Source: Acidilobaceae archaeon (lineage in GTDB: Archaea > Thermoproteota > Thermoprotei_A > Sulfolobales > Acidilobaceae). Taken from it: a stretch of 49,133 nucleotides of DNA. The notes below the pieces were generated by a model. That model was not told the origin of the DNA and made no database searches. It saw nothing but the letters and a program-made list of their open reading frames with translations. The stretch is from contig JALSQM010000036.1 in NCBI GenBank assembly GCA_026985385.1, forward strand, positions 1 through 49,133. Direction: 5' to 3'. Positions 16,455-27,267 of this stretch are shown here, in pieces; the first letter of the stretch is position 1, and every line of letters starts with the position of its first letter. A program made the position numbers and the translations under genes.

Positions 16455-17327
16455 TTACAGTCCCCGCCTCTCTTCTTCGAGCGACTTCAGAAGATGGTAG
16501 ACCAGCTCTATGAGCCTACTCGACGCTGCTAAGGGGCCGAGGATGTAGTCGACCTCAGTCCTCCTACCCAACTCTATGTCCTGTAGCAGTGAGTTAATGT
16601 TCTCGCTAGTCGACTCAGCTACCCTTATAGTCTCCAGGGAGGCTTTGGCTGGCAGCCTTATACCCTTCTCGTGAGCTATTCTCTCCACCTCCTCAGCTAT
16701 TATTAGTGCCGCCCTCCTGGCATTGGGATTATGTGCCACCACGCCGTTCGGCGCCTCCAGTAGTGTTGCAATGCTATTCACCGCCGCATTAACAGCTAGT
16801 TTGAGCCACCTATACGGCTCTATGTCATCGACTATCTCAACTCTAAACAGGGGAGAGTCCAAGCAAGATCTTAGGCCGGCCAACTCGCTGCTGCAATCGC
16901 GCCCCCTACAGCCCACGATAAGCCTGCCAGTTCCCCGAAGCTCTACTAGAGCGCCCCTCCTGAAGGCGCCGAAATCAGCCACGCCACCCGCAACATTAAA
17001 GCCCATGGACTCGGCCTCCTCAAGCCCTCCGAGCCCGTTCTGGACGACGAGAAGTATAGGTGACGCCACCCTGAAGGTTCTAGCCATCTCTAGGGCCCTG
17101 CGGGTATCGTAGGCCTTAACCGCGAGCAACATGTAGTCACACTGAGTGGGCCTCCAAGGGGGCCCCTCAGCGTTGAGGGTTAGAGTGCCAGCGGGCGCCT
17201 TTACGTAGCGGAGACCCTCTGATCTAGAGTAGAGCCTAACACTGCAACCGCGGAGCTCGGCGACATAAGCCAATACTGAACCTACGGCTCCAGCGCCTAT
17301 TATGCAGAACAGCATTTCACCGTGCAC
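16455..17327 (-). CDS. panE: 2-dehydropantoate 2-reductase (ketopantoate reductase, ApbA/PanE family)
   Basis: It has the Rossmann motif IIGAGAVGSVLA, plus LLAVKAYD, VVQNGLG, WLKLAVNAAVNSIATL, and SLLQDIELGRRTEVDYILG. Confidence 0.75.
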   Translation of the reverse strand: MHGEMLFCIIGAGAVGSVLAYVAELRGCSVRLYSRSEGLRYVKAPAGTLTLNAEGPPWRPTQCDYMLLAVKAYDTRRALEMARTFRVASPILLVVQNGLGGLEEAESMGFNVAGGVADFGAFRRGALVELRGTGRLIVGCRGRDCSSELAGLRSCLDSPLFRVEIVDDIEPYRWLKLAVNAAVNSIATLLEAPNGVVAHNPNARRAALIIAEEVERIAHEKGIRLPAKASLETIRVAESTSENINSLLQDIELGRRTEVDYILGPLAASSRLIELVYHLLKSLEEERRGL

Positions 17328-17502
17328 CCGGGAGGCCTAGCCCCGCTTTACTTGGGGCTCCCTAGCTATTTCCAAGAGAGCCCTTCCAGGCCTCGGAGAA
17401 GTATATCTAAGGTCTAATCCTTACTGTAATGTGCGACGAGGCCCCATACGAATATATTCATATATGAAATTCTAGACTTGCCGGAGCAGTGGTGATGCCC
17501 AT

Positions 17503-18702
17503 ATGTCGAGGGTGGAAGTTGAGTGCAAGATGGAGGAGGGGCCCCTCGGTAAGTACATTATAGTCCCAAAGGGCCTCTACAACGTGGTCCCCGACACTAC
17601 TACTATTAGCGGTGTAGACCCCAAGGGCGAGCACACGATATATAGGGGCTATACGATAGCAGACATAGGTGAGCACGCAAGCTTCTACGAGGCAGCTCAC
17701 CTCTTCCTCTACGGCCAGCTCCCATGCGAGGACGAGTTGAGGGAGATAAAGAGGAAGATAGACACCTATAGGGGGCAGGTGCCCGAGAAGATATTTGACG
17801 CCCTAAAGCTCGTCCCGAAGACCCACCCGATGTACTATGGCAGCTACGGTGTGGCTCTCCTAGGCCAGTACTACGCCCCCGAGTGGAGGTTCGACGACGA
17901 CTTCCTATACGAGCACGCCCTTAGGTTGATAGCTTCCCTCCCAGTGATATTCACTGCTGGCTGGCATCTAGCACATGACGGCACAGTGATAAGACCCGAT
18001 CCCAACCTGGACCACGCGAAAGACGTACTGAGGATGATCATTGGCAGGATGCCCAGCGACCTAGAGGCGAGGGCGTTCGAGTCAAGCCTTGTCCTCTACA
18101 TGGATCACGGCTTCAACGCGAGCACATTCACTGTAAGAGTAATAGCCAGCACGCTAAGCGACATGTACAGCGCCGTCGCAGGCGGCATTGGAGCGCTTAA
18201 GGGCCCGCTCCACGGCGGAGCCAACGAGAAGGCAATGCAGATGCTGCTGGAGGCGAAGGAGCAGGCTGAGAAGGCCGGCAAGCCCCTCGAGGAGTACATA
18301 GAGGAGTACATACTTCAGAAGCTCGCGAGGAAGGAGAAGATAATGGGCTTCGGCCACAGGGTCTACAAGATCCACGACCCCAGAACAGACGTAGCCGCCA
18401 AGTTCATAAAGCAGCTGCCTGAAGGCGAGTACTGGCTCAAGGTGCTGAAGAAGGCGGAGGAGGTCATGTGGAGGGAGAAGAAGCTACCAGCTAACATAGA
18501 CTTCTACACAGCGGTTCTCTACTACCAGCTAGGGATACCGATACCAATGTATACACCTATCTTCGCCATGGGCAGGATAGTAGGGTGGACGTCCCACTAC
18601 ATAGAGCAGGTCAAGAACAACAAGATAATAAGGCCTACAGAGAAGTACGTAGGACCCACAGGCCTCAAATACGCCCCCATAGAGGAGCGCTGTAAGAAGT
18701 AG
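17503..18702 (+). CDS. gltA: Citrate synthase
   Basis: The citrate synthase signature GFGHRVYKIHDPR is present, along with HGFNASTF, LKGPLHGGANE, and NIDFYTAVLY. Confidence 0.92.
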   Translation: MSRVEVECKMEEGPLGKYIIVPKGLYNVVPDTTTISGVDPKGEHTIYRGYTIADIGEHASFYEAAHLFLYGQLPCEDELREIKRKIDTYRGQVPEKIFDALKLVPKTHPMYYGSYGVALLGQYYAPEWRFDDDFLYEHALRLIASLPVIFTAGWHLAHDGTVIRPDPNLDHAKDVLRMIIGRMPSDLEARAFESSLVLYMDHGFNASTFTVRVIASTLSDMYSAVAGGIGALKGPLHGGANEKAMQMLLEAKEQAEKAGKPLEEYIEEYILQKLARKEKIMGFGHRVYKIHDPRTDVAAKFIKQLPEGEYWLKVLKKAEEVMWREKKLPANIDFYTAVLYYQLGIPIPMYTPIFAMGRIVGWTSHYIEQVKNNKIIRPTEKYVGPTGLKYAPIEERCKK

Positions 18703-18866
18703 CGGAGGAGAGGTAGCGTAGATCTGGGGTCAGCAGGCCTCTTTCAGCTACTCTTTTTCCCTAAAAGCTCCTCTTTGAAGCCATTAGAGAGATTGACATT
18801 AGGGTGCTTTCGAGGAGGGGACTCCGAGATCTCGGGTGCGATGCTTATACAAGAGTTAAAGGGTTG

Positions 18867-19346
18867 CTAAGCCTCTTCCTCGCCGCCCTCCTCCCCCGCC
18901 GCGATAAGCACTACTTTGCCGCCAGCTTCTTCAACCTTGCGTACCGCCTGCTCGCTTGCTAGTGGTACTATGATTTTAGCAGGCGTCCTCAGGCTACCTC
19001 TTCCCAGCAGTTTGTGTATACCCATCGATGCGAGATCGACGACCACTAGACCGTTCTCCCTCTTTAGCGCCCCCTCCGCCTCTAGCTTATCTATGAGATC
19101 CTGTAGCTCTCCCAGGTTTATGGTAGTCGGCCTATAGCCTACCCTTATCCTGGGCGGGTTGAAACCATGCTTCCCGAACCACGTGGGGGCGTATTTTATA
19201 ACCCATGTCCACATGTGTTTGTGCATCCCAGCAGCTCCATGGCCGCCGCGGCTCCCACTCTTGCGGTGCTGCCCGATCCTCCCCCAACCCATTGTGCGTG
19301 TTCTACCGCGGAGCTTCCTCGACTTCCTACGTCTCCTGACAACCAC
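18867..19346 (-). CDS. rpl15: 50S ribosomal protein uL15
   Basis: N-terminal RKLRGRTRTMGWGRIGQHRKSGSRGGHG. The protein ends in an acidic tail, GEEGGEEEA. Confidence 0.93.
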   Translation of the reverse strand: MVVRRRRKSRKLRGRTRTMGWGRIGQHRKSGSRGGHGAAGMHKHMWTWVIKYAPTWFGKHGFNPPRIRVGYRPTTINLGELQDLIDKLEAEGALKRENGLVVVDLASMGIHKLLGRGSLRTPAKIIVPLASEQAVRKVEEAGGKVVLIAAGEEGGEEEA

Positions 19347-19359
19347 GACTTACACCCCT

Positions 19360-19845
19360 CTAGAGCATTCTCCTGATCAGGTCGTTTATCGCGGGTCCGC
19401 GATAGCCTAGCTCCCCCCCTACTTTATAGTGCTTCTTTATTGAGCCCTTGAAGCCTCCCCGGGGTGGGTGTAGCCTGAAGAAGGGTTTGACTCCGTAGTC
19501 CTCTAGTTTATGGTAGTGTATCTCGCCCTCCACGAGCTTCTTTGCGAGCTCCTCTATTCCTCCGAGTAGCTTGAGGTTCTCAGCTACCCAGAGGTCTGTA
19601 ATGGGCTTATCACCTATAAGCCTACCTCTAGCCCTTATGAGCGCTGCTAGTGTTTCAACATCTATTTCACCCCACGTCGCCCAGTTCTCCACCTTCCTCA
19701 ACATACCCTCGATGCCGGGTAGGCTGCTATGGTAGAGCGAAGCGGTGTATCTCCTGTGGAGCCTTAGCATCCGGAGCGTGGCCTCGACGTCTGGCCTCAC
19801 GTCGACTGTCCCCCTTATCCTGATGATGGCGTAGAGCGGCATCAC
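19360..19845 (-). CDS. rpl30: 50S ribosomal protein uL30
   Basis: YAIIRIRGTVDVRPDVEATLRMLRLHRRY, and its position between uS5 and uL15. Confidence 0.9.
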   Translation of the reverse strand: MMPLYAIIRIRGTVDVRPDVEATLRMLRLHRRYTASLYHSSLPGIEGMLRKVENWATWGEIDVETLAALIRARGRLIGDKPITDLWVAENLKLLGGIEELAKKLVEGEIHYHKLEDYGVKPFFRLHPPRGGFKGSIKKHYKVGGELGYRGPAINDLIRRML

Positions 19846-19856
19846 TTACACCCCAG

Positions 19857-20525
19857 TCACGTCCGCTGCCAGTCCAGTGGAGTGACGAACTTGTAGGTCG
19901 CCCTGAGGGCTAGGTACGTCGCCCTCGCGAAGTTGTAGCTCGTCCTCGTCTCCCCCTTAGTGAAGCTCCATACGTCCCTGATACCGGCCATTCTGAGTAC
20001 TGCCTTGGCTACGTCACCCGCTACCAGGCCCGTGCCCTTGGGTGCGGGTTTTAGTATGACCTCCACACTACCACTCTTACCCCTCACCGTGAAGGGCACG
20101 CTGTGGGGCTCGCCGCAGCTGCACTCCCAGCTGCCGCACCCCCTTCTAACGGGTGTTATGTTGAGCTTGGCGTTTCTAATCGCCTTCTCTATAGCGAACC
20201 TGAACTGCCGCGCCTTACCCTTCCCAAGGCCCACGTAGCCATCCTCGTTTCCAACTACGACTACCGCTCTGAAGCGGGTGATCCTCCCAGCATCAGTCAT
20301 TTTCTGGACTATGGTGACGTCTATTACCTCGTGCTTGAGGTTGGGTAGGAGTATGTCTACTATCTCGGGCTCCAGTATGGGCAGGTTCATCCTGAATATC
20401 TCATCTATGCTACTTATCTTACCCTCCTTTACCATCCTACCCACACGAGTCCTAGGCTCCCAGGCCTCAAGGACCTCGCGTGGGCTTACAGCTGGCATGG
20501 GACCCCTACTCGCCCTAGGACTCAC
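19857..20525 (-). CDS. rps5: 30S ribosomal protein uS5
   Basis: [34 protein letters not shown], and conserved operon order. Confidence 0.93.
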   Translation of the reverse strand: MSPRASRGPMPAVSPREVLEAWEPRTRVGRMVKEGKISSIDEIFRMNLPILEPEIVDILLPNLKHEVIDVTIVQKMTDAGRITRFRAVVVVGNEDGYVGLGKGKARQFRFAIEKAIRNAKLNITPVRRGCGSWECSCGEPHSVPFTVRGKSGSVEVILKPAPKGTGLVAGDVAKAVLRMAGIRDVWSFTKGETRTSYNFARATYLALRATYKFVTPLDWQRT

Positions 20526-21160
20526 GCCTCACCACCCCCCACGCTCTCGGGTTTCTCGAGGAGGATATCTGAGAATTCACTTTTGATCCTAGATACTACC
20601 TCCTCGAAGTGCTTGGGTAGATCCTCGGGCTTAAGACCCCTAGCTAGATATTGGCTGAATAGCCTCTTATAGCGCTCGGGGTCCTCCTGGGAAAGCCTGG
20701 AGGCCCACTCGGCTATATGCACGCCCCTTATCCTATCGTCGCCGGGCAGTATCTCGGGTGAGTGAGGAACCCTCAGGCCAGCGTCGAGGGCCCCCTTCAA
20801 GGCGGCGAATACCCTGCTACCCGGCGTAGGGGTTGCAAGTCCTATGTCGAGCACGGCCTCCGAGACCCCCGCACGCCTCGCCCTAAGAGCTGCTAGTAGC
20901 CCCGTGAGGTAAGCAGCGCTAGTGTTGGCCGTACCGCCCAGCCACCCATACTTCTTGACGAGCTCCCTACTATGGGCTACAGCTATCATTCTGTCGCCCT
21001 CTATTTTAGCCTCTGCCACCTGGACTATGATATACTTGTTCGTGCGCCTCACAACCAAGCGGGGCTTACCGCTCTTGATGAGCTTTATCCTCTTGTAGTA
21101 GTTCGTCTTACCCTCCCTACGCCTCCTCCAAGGAACCCTGTAACGAGGCCCGTGCCCCAC
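20522..21160 (-). CDS. rpl18: 50S ribosomal protein uL18
   Basis: [37 protein letters not shown]. Confidence 0.92.
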   Translation of the reverse strand: MGHGPRYRVPWRRRREGKTNYYKRIKLIKSGKPRLVVRRTNKYIIVQVAEAKIEGDRMIAVAHSRELVKKYGWLGGTANTSAAYLTGLLAALRARRAGVSEAVLDIGLATPTPGSRVFAALKGALDAGLRVPHSPEILPGDDRIRGVHIAEWASRLSQEDPERYKRLFSQYLARGLKPEDLPKHFEEVVSRIKSEFSDILLEKPESVGGGEA

Positions 21161-21166
21161 TGCTCA

Positions 21167-21631
21167 TCACCCGCTCTTCGCCTCCTTTAGGAGGCCCTGC
21201 TCCTCTATGTAGCGGCGCAGTGCTGTGAGGCTCTTGAACATGCCTCCCTTCGAGAGCCTGTAGAGCCTCCTGTAGGTCCTCCTGTCTATGAGGCCGTGAT
21301 CCCTGAGCCAGCGTAGGTAGCGGCGCATCCTCCTTATCCTGTGCATCCACTCCTCCTTCGGATCGCTCCTAGCGGTTGCGGGTCCCTTCCTCTTACCGGG
21401 TCCCCTCCTCCTACCCTTAGCCCTCTGCCTCCTCCTCTCAAGCCACCTGTGGGCGTTACCCTTCTTCGGTATGACCCTTATTATGCCCCTCTTGATGAGC
21501 GCCTCGACATCCTTGCGCGTCAGCGCCTGCTCTATGTCCTCTGCGTACTCTGGATCCGGGTTGATCCAGATCCTACTCTCCCCCACGCCTAATATCTCGG
21601 CGGCAAGCCTCCTCTGCAGCCGGTAATCCAT
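21167..21631 (-). CDS. rpl19e: 50S ribosomal protein eL19
   Basis: LQRRLAAEILGVGESRIWINP, followed by a highly basic C-terminal half. Confidence 0.92.
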   Translation of the reverse strand: MDYRLQRRLAAEILGVGESRIWINPDPEYAEDIEQALTRKDVEALIKRGIIRVIPKKGNAHRWLERRRQRAKGRRRGPGKRKGPATARSDPKEEWMHRIRRMRRYLRWLRDHGLIDRRTYRRLYRLSKGGMFKSLTALRRYIEEQGLLKEAKSG

Positions 21632-21633
21632 GG

Positions 21634-22065
21634 CTACACAGCCCCCGCGTTAGCCACCCTGAAGCCACGCTCTCTGGCCGCTCTGATAAGCTCTAAGCGC
21701 TTCCTGAGCCCCACCGTAGAGGCTATATATACTATGTGCCTCCTGGGGTCAAGCGACTCGAGATCCTTGACATTACTCACGATGGCTGGCTCCAACCCAC
21801 TCGGGTGGAGCCCCCTTATCTCGGCGGGAGTCCTATAGCCGACCTTCACTATAGGCGGGTACCCCTTCAGCTGTAGCCTCATCTTGTTGTCGTTACCCTT
21901 AGGCTTCCTCCAATACTCCCTCCTCTCGAACTTCCAGAACCTCCAGGATAGGTACCTCAGGAACCGCGGCCTGCTCCTCCTCTCCTCATGCATCCTCCTC
22001 TGGAGGCGCCTGCGGGCTCTAAGCGAGGCTAGCACCTCCTCCCTCGACCTGGCCTCTACACTCAC
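21634..22065 (-). CDS. rpl32e: 50S ribosomal protein eL32
   Basis: WRKPKGNDNKMRLQLKGYPPIVKVGYRTPAEIRGLHPSG. Confidence 0.9.
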   Translation of the reverse strand: MSVEARSREEVLASLRARRRLQRRMHEERRSRPRFLRYLSWRFWKFERREYWRKPKGNDNKMRLQLKGYPPIVKVGYRTPAEIRGLHPSGLEPAIVSNVKDLESLDPRRHIVYIASTVGLRKRLELIRAARERGFRVANAGAV

Positions 22066-22622
22066 TGCTCAACCACCTCCCGGGCATAGATGTAGATGCC
22101 ATCCATGAACTTCCTCCTATCGAGGTCGCTAATCTTGGTCGCCCTCTCTATATTAGCTGCTGTCTGCGCGACCTTCTCTATGTCGACGCCCTCTAAGATT
22201 AAGTCCTGCCCCTTAACCTGAACCTTAACGCCAGGTAGGATCCTGGCTATGCGTGGCGCCTTCTCTCCGAGGAAGTTCGATATAACTACCCTGTCACCCT
22301 CAACCTTAACGTTTATCGGGAAGTGGCTATAGATTATCTTCATCTTGTAGCGGAACCCCTTCGTCACGCCTAGTATCATATTCCTCACGTGGGCTGCTAT
22401 CGTGCCGACGAGTGCCCTCTCCCTAGAGCGGGCGAAGAAGGCCTCTGCAATGAACTTTCCATCCTCAACTCTCATTATGACCCCCTTAGCATGGCCAAAG
22501 TCCCGGGAGAGCTCTCCCTTCGGCCCCTTAACGGTTACCCTGCTACCCTCGACTCTAACTTCGACGCCATCTGGTATCTCAACTGTCTTGATGACGTGCA
22601 CGTCTCTTGCCATAGATGGCAC
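22062..22622 (-). CDS. rpl6: 50S ribosomal protein uL6
   Basis: IPDGVEVRVEGSRVTVKGPKGELSRDF, plus the duplicated alpha/beta domain pattern. Confidence 0.92.
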   Translation of the reverse strand: MPSMARDVHVIKTVEIPDGVEVRVEGSRVTVKGPKGELSRDFGHAKGVIMRVEDGKFIAEAFFARSRERALVGTIAAHVRNMILGVTKGFRYKMKIIYSHFPINVKVEGDRVVISNFLGEKAPRIARILPGVKVQVKGQDLILEGVDIEKVAQTAANIERATKISDLDRRKFMDGIYIYAREVVEQ

Positions 22623-22694
22623 CCCCTCTCTGTCTCCCCTACACCCGGAGGAGGAGGGGGCCTTAGCCAGGGTTGAAAAGGCTTGGCTCCCCTG

Positions 22695-23096
22695 CTAGTA
22701 GACGTATGCTAGGAGTACCCCGCCTATCTTATTCTTTATCGCCTCTCGGTGAGACATGACGCCCTTGCTCGTGCTGATGATCAGTATGCCTATATCTCGG
22801 CTGGCAAGGTACTTCCTGAGCCACTCAGGCATACGGGCGAGCTCTCTATAGCTCACGGGGAACCTGGGCTTTATAACCCCGATTTTATTGATCCTGCCTA
22901 GCAGTTCTACTCGGAACTTACCCCATCTACCGTCATCTATGTATTCGAAGTTCCCGATATAGCCCTCACGCTGTAAGACCCTGAGTACTGCCGCTATGAG
23001 CTTGCTGGCAGGCATTATTATTGCCTCCCTCTTACCCCTCATCTCTGCATTATAGATTGTGGCCAACGCGTTAGCCAGGGTATCCATCATAACCAT
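22695..23096 (-). CDS. rps8: 30S ribosomal protein uS8
   Basis: [49 protein letters not shown]. Confidence 0.93.
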   Translation of the reverse strand: MVMMDTLANALATIYNAEMRGKREAIIMPASKLIAAVLRVLQREGYIGNFEYIDDGRWGKFRVELLGRINKIGVIKPRFPVSYRELARMPEWLRKYLASRDIGILIISTSKGVMSHREAIKNKIGGVLLAYVY

Positions 23097-23119
23097 AGCC
23101 CATGCACCCCCGGAGCCCG

Positions 23120-23284
23120 TCAGCGGTACTTCCTAAAGCCTAGTAGCATCGCCACCTCCCTGAAGCACTGCCTGCAGAGGTAGAGGCCGTACTTCTGTAT
23201 GACGGCGTCTCTCGTACCACACCTCATGCACTTCTGGGCCCCCCGGCCCATTAGCTTAGGCTTTGGAGGCCTTATCTTACCCAT
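23120..23284 (-). CDS. rps14: 30S ribosomal protein uS14 (zinc-binding type Z), not present in the supplied ORF track
   Basis: Hand translation of the minus strand gives [54 protein letters not shown] (54 aa). It has a CxxC...CxxC zinc ribbon and sits in the canonical slot between uL5 and uS8. Confidence 0.9.
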   Translation of the reverse strand: MGKIRPPKPKLMGRGAQKCMRCGTRDAVIQKYGLYLCRQCFREVAMLLGFRKYR

Positions 23285-23297
23285 TCCCTGCACCCCC

Positions 23298-23876
23298 CTA
23301 CTTCTGCACCCACTCGACTCCTAGCAGCTGGCTTAATAGAATCATTGTCTCCTCAGGCTTTACCCTGTGCCTGAGTGGAATGTGGCTCTTCCTCATCCTC
23401 TTCCTCCTCACAATTCTATGGCCAGGCCTCTCTATGGTTATAGCGACATCCATGCCCAGTATGCCTAGCTCGGGGTCGTAGCGTACCCCGGGTATTAGTA
23501 TGTGCTCCTCTATACCGAAGCTCACGTTGCCATGCTGGTCTATACTTGAGACCTTTAGCCTCCTACCAACGGCCTCGAGCGCCTTCTTGAGGAACTCTAT
23601 GGCCCTCTGACCCCGCAGCGTCACCATGACGGCTATGTTCTCCCCCTTCCTAACGCCAAAGGCCCTTATGGTTCTCTTAGCCTTCCTGAAGACGGGTTTT
23701 TGCCCGGTCAGCTCCTCGAGGAGTTTGGCTGCCTTAACTAGTCTCTCCCCACTATAGCCCAGGCTTATGTTGACAGTTACCTTAGCTATCCTAGGCTTCC
23801 TCATAGGGCTCCTCTTCCACTCCTCGAGAATCCTCTCAACAGTCTCCGGGGGTATGGGTAGCGAGGACATCACCAC
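23298..23876 (-). CDS. rpl5: 50S ribosomal protein uL5
   Basis: [54 protein letters not shown]. Confidence 0.93.
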   Translation of the reverse strand: MVMSSLPIPPETVERILEEWKRSPMRKPRIAKVTVNISLGYSGERLVKAAKLLEELTGQKPVFRKAKRTIRAFGVRKGENIAVMVTLRGQRAIEFLKKALEAVGRRLKVSSIDQHGNVSFGIEEHILIPGVRYDPELGILGMDVAITIERPGHRIVRRKRMRKSHIPLRHRVKPEETMILLSQLLGVEWVQK

Positions 23877-24628
23877 GCACCCTCCGGCAGGCTAATGAGG
23901 GGCCTATCCCTCCCTATAACTAGGATGTAGTCAAGACTTGTCTGGAATAGGTTGCCCCTCCTATCCTCGAGTGTTACGATGCTCCTCCTGCGGCCCCAGC
24001 CCCTCCTTACCTCCTTGATTACGCCGACCCTCCCAGCGTTCCTACCCGCATAGACTATGGCGAGGTTGCCCTCCTCGAGTGGCACATAGTCTACTATCTC
24101 CTGCTCCGGCACCGTTATGAGCAGTGTGCCCAGCGTCTTATACTTGTCCTCAACGGGGTTCCGGGGATCCTTCACTCTTATCAGTATGTTTCGCCCCCCA
24201 CTCAGGTTCAACTGTATGTGACCTCCTTTAACGGTGGTCTTATCCTCTATCCTGACGGGCTTAACATTAGGCTCGTCCTCGGGTAGTGGGTGGAGCTTGA
24301 AGAACGTCACTGGATAGGGGACGAACCTATACCTTTCTCCCGTGTCTACTATCTCGATAATATCCATTAAGCCGACGGGGAACTTATAGTCCTTCCTAAC
24401 CCTCCCATCAACTTTGAAGTGGCCCTCGCTTATAAGCTTACGCGCCTCCCGAGCCGTCTTAGCGTAGCCGAGCACGTTACGCACTATGAGTAGGAGTGGT
24501 ATACTCAGCTCTGTAGGGTGAGGGCCGGGCCTTGGTTTAACCGTCCACTTATACTCCTTCCTGAGTATAGGCCAGAACTTGGGAGCAGCTAATGCCTTGA
24601 GCCTCCTCTGCCCTCCCATCCTAGCCAT
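23870..24628 (-). CDS. rps4e: 30S ribosomal protein eS4
   Basis: [34 protein letters not shown], followed by the KOW region. Confidence 0.93.
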   Translation of the reverse strand: MARMGGQRRLKALAAPKFWPILRKEYKWTVKPRPGPHPTELSIPLLLIVRNVLGYAKTAREARKLISEGHFKVDGRVRKDYKFPVGLMDIIEIVDTGERYRFVPYPVTFFKLHPLPEDEPNVKPVRIEDKTTVKGGHIQLNLSGGRNILIRVKDPRNPVEDKYKTLGTLLITVPEQEIVDYVPLEEGNLAIVYAGRNAGRVGVIKEVRRGWGRRRSIVTLEDRRGNLFQTSLDYILVIGRDRPLISLPEGAW

Positions 24629-24630
24629 GG

Positions 24631-25134
24631 CTACTCACCCACCCCTCCAGACGGGGCCTCGGGGCTAATACTAGGCTGGGCCGACTCCTCGGCTCCCTCA
24701 GCGGCCCTCTCGGCCTCAGCAGCCTCTCCACCTGCCTCCTCGGGCGGCGGCAGCTTCGCGCCTCTCCTCTCGAGGATTTTCCTCCTCCAGGGATCGCTCA
24801 GGTCTAGCTCCACTATCATGACGTTTGATGGGTGTATGGGCCTGAAGACCGGGGTTCCATCACTCCTCTTAATGGTGACTCCATCAATGTATATGCGGAG
24901 CTTCTTCAAGTCGACCTTGACTACCTTTCCGATGTGACCCTTGAAATCCCCCCTCATAACCTTTACCTTGTCGCCCTTCCTCACCGGCAGGCTCCTAACC
25001 CCATACTTCTCCCTCAGCTCGGGGCTCAAGGTGGCGCTGACGAGCTTCTGGCGGATGTGGAGTGGAGCCCTGTAGAGGGCACGCCTCTGCTTCCTCGGCT
25101 GCCTGCTCCTAGTTAACCTAGCCATCCAGAACAC
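24631..25134 (-). CDS. rpl24: 50S ribosomal protein uL24 with an acidic C-terminal extension
   Basis: The KOW motif [25 protein letters not shown] is present. The start may be the ATG at 25125 (MARLTRS). The last ~45 aa are Ala/Glu/Gly-rich ([22 protein letters not shown]...). Confidence 0.9.
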   Translation of the reverse strand: MFWMARLTRSRQPRKQRRALYRAPLHIRQKLVSATLSPELREKYGVRSLPVRKGDKVKVMRGDFKGHIGKVVKVDLKKLRIYIDGVTIKRSDGTPVFRPIHPSNVMIVELDLSDPWRRKILERRGAKLPPPEEAGGEAAEAERAAEGAEESAQPSISPEAPSGGVGE

Positions 25135-25138
25135 CCCA

Positions 25139-25561
25139 TCAAACTATGATCGTTGCCAGCTTAGCTATCCTAGGCCATCTCTCGGCTGCCTCCCTAGCTA
25201 TGGGTCCTCTAATCTCGGTTCCCCTGGGCGTTCCATCGGGGTTAACTAGGACTACAGCGTTGTCCTCGAACGCCACCCAGGTGCCGTCGGGCCTCCTGAA
25301 GGGCCTACGCTGGCGCACTACAACAGCGTAGACTACCTGCCTCCTCAACTGCACGCTACCCTTCTTCACGGTTGCAACTACCAGATCGCCGACGCCGGCG
25401 CTTGGTAGGCGGCGGAGCCTCGTCTTGTGGTGTGGCACGTTGATTATCATTACCTCCTTGGCTCCACTGTTGTCGGCTACCTCTACATAACTGCCGACCT
25501 GGAGCCCAGTGTTTACCCCGAACCTCGATATTACTGCCCCATACTTCTTCTTCTTAGGCAT
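25139..25561 (-). CDS. rpl14: 50S ribosomal protein uL14
   Basis: [15 protein letters not shown]...[11 protein letters not shown]...[27 protein letters not shown]. Confidence 0.93.
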   Translation of the reverse strand: MPKKKKYGAVISRFGVNTGLQVGSYVEVADNSGAKEVMIINVPHHKTRLRRLPSAGVGDLVVATVKKGSVQLRRQVVYAVVVRQRRPFRRPDGTWVAFEDNAVVLVNPDGTPRGTEIRGPIAREAAERWPRIAKLATIIV

Positions 25562-25602
25562 TCCACGCTACCCCCCGCAGCAGCGGTTCCCAGGGCTTAA
25601 AG

Positions 25603-25962
25603 CTACTCGCCGCCAGCCGCGCTCTTCTTTACGCCGAGGACGACGAACTTTACTGTCTTCGCGATAGGCCTAGTCTCCCCTATGACTACCACGTCCCCCT
25701 CCTTAACGTCTATGCAGGGGGGCACGTGGGCTTTTATCTTGCTGCTCCTCCTCTCGTACCTCTTGTACTTCTTGACGTAGTATATGTAGTCCCTCCTGAT
25801 AACAGCCGTCCCCTTAGCCCTATACTTCTCGACTACTCCCTCTAGAATTACACCCCTAACCCTCAGGTGCCCATGCCAGGGGCAGTTTGGGTCGTTACAG
25901 CTCCTCTTAGGTGGCTCCACACCTGGGATCTTGAGGTTCTTCAAGGCCTTAGGTGCAGGCAA
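25603..25962 (-). CDS. rps17: 30S ribosomal protein uS17
   Basis: CNDPNCPWHGHLRVRGVILEGVVEK...HVPPCIDVKEGDVVVIGETRPIAKTVKFVVL. Confidence 0.92.
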   Translation of the reverse strand: MPAPKALKNLKIPGVEPPKRSCNDPNCPWHGHLRVRGVILEGVVEKYRAKGTAVIRRDYIYYVKKYKRYERRSSKIKAHVPPCIDVKEGDVVVIGETRPIAKTVKFVVLGVKKSAAGGE

Positions 25963-25982
25963 CCACTCCCACCTCCAAGCTA

Positions 25983-26258
25983 CTACCTCCTCAACCTCTT
26001 AACCCTCTGAGCGGGGCCCCCGAGTATATCGTCACCTGGGACGACCACTCTACCCCCGCCAGGGATGTGGAATGCGAATAGAGCACCGCTTTTAAGTATT
26101 AGGATTCTCCTCTCACCCCGAGAAACTAGGAGCGCCCTAGGAGTCTCCCACTCTACTACCCCTCTCACGCCCACGAGACCGGGATCGAGGTGCCTGAGCA
26201 CCTCAACCTCAAGACCTATAAGCTCGTGGAACCTCAGGTTCCATGGAGTAATCCTCAA
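25983..26258 (-). CDS. rnp1: RNase P protein component 1 (Rpp29/Pop4)
   Basis: HELIGLEVEVLRHLDPGLVGVRGVVEWETPRALLV, an Sm-like Rpp29 core, in the conserved archaeal slot between uL29 and uS17. Confidence 0.85.
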   Translation of the reverse strand: MRITPWNLRFHELIGLEVEVLRHLDPGLVGVRGVVEWETPRALLVSRGERRILILKSGALFAFHIPGGGRVVVPGDDILGGPAQRVKRLRR

Positions 26259-26280
26259 TGCAGCGCCGCACCCGTAGCTC

Positions 26281-26520
26281 TCAGGCCCGCTCTTCTTTCC
26301 CTTGAGACCTCAGCTCCTCCTCCCTCATTATGGTGAGTAGGCGGGCTATGTTCCTCCTATACTCTCTGAGCTTCCCAGGGTTCTCAAGGCTGCCGGCCGC
26401 GGCCTGGTAGCGTAGCTTGATCAGCTCGCTCCTCCACTCCTCTAGCAGTTTCATCCTCTCCTCGGGGCTCATCTTCCGCAGGTCCGAGGCCCTCACCTTA
26501 AACTTAGGCATTCTCACCAC
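26281..26520 (-). CDS. rpl29: 50S ribosomal protein uL29
   Basis: LRKMSPEERMKLLEEWRSELIKLRYQAAAGSLENPGKLREYRRNIARLLT. Confidence 0.9.
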   Translation of the reverse strand: MVRMPKFKVRASDLRKMSPEERMKLLEEWRSELIKLRYQAAAGSLENPGKLREYRRNIARLLTIMREEELRSQGKEERA

Positions 26521-27253
26521 CCTCCTCCGCCTCTCCGGGGCCTGCCTCCTCAGTCTTGCCAGCTTCTTCCAGGAGCTCCTCTACCTCGGGCCTCTCAGGC
26601 CCTGCCGCTCGCTCCTCCAGCTCCTCCCTAATCCTCTTTATCTCCTCCGCCACCTCCTCGGGGCTCTTAATCCTTATATAATCCCCGGGCTTGCCGGGCT
26701 TAGCTATGATTACCTCGACCCCTATGATTCCCTTCGGGAGCTTTGCTATGGCTACCGCTCTGTCGACTAGCTCGTCAACCTTATGCCCGGCCTTGTAGAC
26801 CTTGCCCGCCCTGAACTTCTCGAAGCGCGCTCTCTCAGTCCTCAGCTTGCCGCTTATCTTTATCTCGGCTCCGAGGGCGCCGTTACTCATTATCCTCCTA
26901 AGCGCCGTGAAGGCGACTCTCCTGAAGTGGTAGCCCATCTCTATGCTCCTCGCTATCCTGAAGGCTTGAACCCTAGCGTCTAGCTCGGGGTTCTCGGGCT
27001 GTGAGACCGTTATCTGGGGGTTCTCGATGCCGAATACCTTTTCGAATATCTGCTGAAGCCTCCTTATGGTGGCCCCCCTCTGCCCTATTATCAGCGCGGG
27101 TCTCTCAGCGTAGATGTGGATCCTGGTGCCTAGCCCCATGGGTATTATCTCTACCCTGCTATAGCCTGCCATGTAGAAGTTTGCTGCTAGGTACTCGTCT
27201 ATCTTAGCTCTTAGGAGCCCCTGATTGAGGAAGAACCTCTCGACTCTCCCCAC
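26504..27253 (-). CDS. rps3: 30S ribosomal protein uS3 with an acidic C-terminal tail
   Basis: The KH domain RIHIYAERPALIIGQRGATIRRLQ is present, along with GAEIKISGKLRTERARFEKF. The C-terminus is EELLEEAGKTEEAGPGEAEEGGENA. Confidence 0.93.
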   Translation of the reverse strand: MGRVERFFLNQGLLRAKIDEYLAANFYMAGYSRVEIIPMGLGTRIHIYAERPALIIGQRGATIRRLQQIFEKVFGIENPQITVSQPENPELDARVQAFRIARSIEMGYHFRRVAFTALRRIMSNGALGAEIKISGKLRTERARFEKFRAGKVYKAGHKVDELVDRAVAIAKLPKGIIGVEVIIAKPGKPGDYIRIKSPEEVAEEIKRIREELEERAAGPERPEVEELLEEAGKTEEAGPGEAEEGGENA

Positions 27254-27267
27254 AGGTCTTCACCCCG

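Noticed and set aside
18823-18834. A 12-nt perfect palindrome, CCGAGATCTCGG, between the convergent gltA and rpl15 genes.
   Set aside because: It is a short, isolated palindrome in a convergent terminator region. A T5 run at 18754-18758 is the more likely gltA termination signal, and nothing suggests a specific binding site.
22775-22819. A possible C/D box sRNA (TGATGA ... CTGA, 45 nt) antisense to rps8.
   Set aside because: No internal D'/C' boxes are present and there is no convincing terminal stem. Given the motif frequencies, this is probably a chance match.
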